Shown piece by piece: positions 62,581 to 64,000 of a stretch of DNA of 64,000 nt; the first letter of the stretch is position 1, and each line of letters opens with the position of its first letter. Below the pieces are notes generated by a model that saw nothing but the letters and a program-made list of their open reading frames with translations, made no database searches and was not told the DNA's origin. The stretch covers positions 28,582,001-28,646,000 of the forward strand of contig OZ076420.1 in NCBI GenBank assembly GCA_964187785.1, given 5' to 3'. Source of the stretch: Amphiscolops sp. MND2022 (taxonomy: Eukaryota). The translations under genes were made by a program, and so were the position numbers.

Positions 62581-64000
62581 ATGGTCCGCGTTGTTGATTT
62601 CTTGTTCACGCTGCTCGGAAGCGGCGTCGTCATTATTTTCGTCACGTCGTGTAGACTGAAGGTCTAAATCTGTAATTATAGCGTCCCGTTGATCAGAATC
62701 AATTGATGAATTATCAGAGGTGTTATTTAAGTCGGAATTAGTAGGAAAATCGTCGAATTCCGTTTCCCAAGAAATAATGTAAAGATCATTTTGTGGTATG
62801 ATAATTTCATCATCAGCTTGTAAATTTCCTCCGGGCGGACGTCACGTACTTTTTTGTTCGGGGTATATTTTCGTGAGCGTGTCCGATGTAAAATTTGCGT
62901 TTTATTAGACCTGAGTTTTCGAACAATGTAATTTTCGTTCGGTAGGACTTTTTCAATGACATAGGGTCCAATCCACCGGAACTCACGGAATGGAATTTTG
63001 GATCCTTCATGGTCTGCCGACGGCTGTAATATAAAGCAATAGTCTCCCTGGTGTAAAGGGGCTGCTTTGGCTTTTCGGCGGAATATTCTTTGTACTTCAA
63101 ATACGACTGCATGAGATTTTTCTTCGTTCTATCAATCAGAATTTGAGTACGTCTTTTAGTTCCTCAGCAAATTCCGTTGTTGGTAGTATTTTCGGCTTGG
63201 GATTTAATCCCAACCTATGGTCTAGGATATTATACGGTACCCTGCCATGAAAGATTCTGGATGGTTCGTATCCCAGACTTGAATGATAGGTCGTGTTGTA
63301 GTTGAGAACAGCCAATGGGAGATATTTGTGCCATTGTCGACGATATTCACCAGAAGCCGTTTTAAGGTTGCCCTTAAGGCTGGCATGAGTTCTCTCTAAT
63401 TTTCCTATCGTCTGAGGATGCTTCGTTGTGGCCCATTTGATCTGAATGCCTAGGATCTTTGCGACTTCATCAACTAGACGGGACGTAAATGCGGTTCCTT
63501 TGTCAGTAATCAAAGTTGTTGGTAAATATGTTTGCCTCGTCATGATATCAATAAGTACTCTTGCTGTGCTGGAGGCCGAAGCATCGACTACGAGATACGC
63601 AAACAGGTATCTTGAGAAGACGTCCAGAGCGGTGAAGATATTTTCGTATCCCCCGCTCGGAGGGAGGTTGGGTAAGAGATCGATCTGGAGGGCATCTTCA
63701 GGACCAAGATCCCATTCAGGCAAATTAGGTAGTTCAGGCGTTATCGATGGGTTTTTGATTCGTTTGTCTTTCATGCATATTTCACATCCCTGGACACACT
63801 TTTTTTTACAATTTTTGCAATTCCAGGGTAGTAATGTTTTTGACGGATTTCCTAAAGCATCTTGGAAATTCCCGGATGTTTATTTGCTTTCCCATGCAAT
63901 GATTGGAGTAATTCTGACACAGGGTGTTTGGGTAAAAGCGCCTGACGGTATTGAACACATGTTTCGTCATAGTAGTCTCTAATGACGACGTCATCCTGGA
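62581..64000 (-). repeat. Second copy of the integrase region (tandem duplication, period about 4355 bp)
   Basis: 62581-64000 matches 58226-59650 nearly base for base. Confidence 0.95.

Larger units (their letters stand above)
49437..64000 (-). mobile_element. Large decayed Gypsy LTR retrotransposon (5' part beyond the window)
   Basis: 3' LTR 50986-49437, PPT, 6.9-kb 3' region, pol with protease LVDTGA, RT QYVDDIG, RNase H and integrase (IDLLP/ITDKGT/KLERTH), ending RGGKYNLRPN..EEYRY* near 57899. Confidence 0.9.

Overview
AT-rich, intron-containing animal (invertebrate-like) genomic DNA, dominated by LTR retrotransposons, with a 200-N assembly gap at 33902-34101. Host genes: (1) a complete six-exon aromatic L-amino acid (DOPA) decarboxylase on + (13391-30298, 466 aa by my splice model); (2) the last exon of a convergent paralogue on - (32959-33323); (3) the last exon of a PPT2-like thioesterase (35171-35597); (4) TM6/TM7 exons of a class A GPCR on - (41608-42791). 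At least five decayed Gypsy-type elements are present, two of them with both LTRs and 5-bp TSDs. Two objects stand out. First, a 10.6-kb LTR element in Ddc intron 1 has LTRs, a tRNA-Arg-like PBS and a PPT but no gag/pol; it carries a 326-aa ORF with three AT-hook-like RRGRPP motifs, a triplicated U5-PBS-leader and an older ~725-bp repeat. Second, a large Gypsy element (49437 to beyond 64000, - strand) has a 6.9-kb 3' region containing a decayed antisense, intron-containing, zinc-finger/hAT-transposase-like gene, plus a tandemly duplicated pol. All family assignments come from motifs read by eye; no database searches were run.
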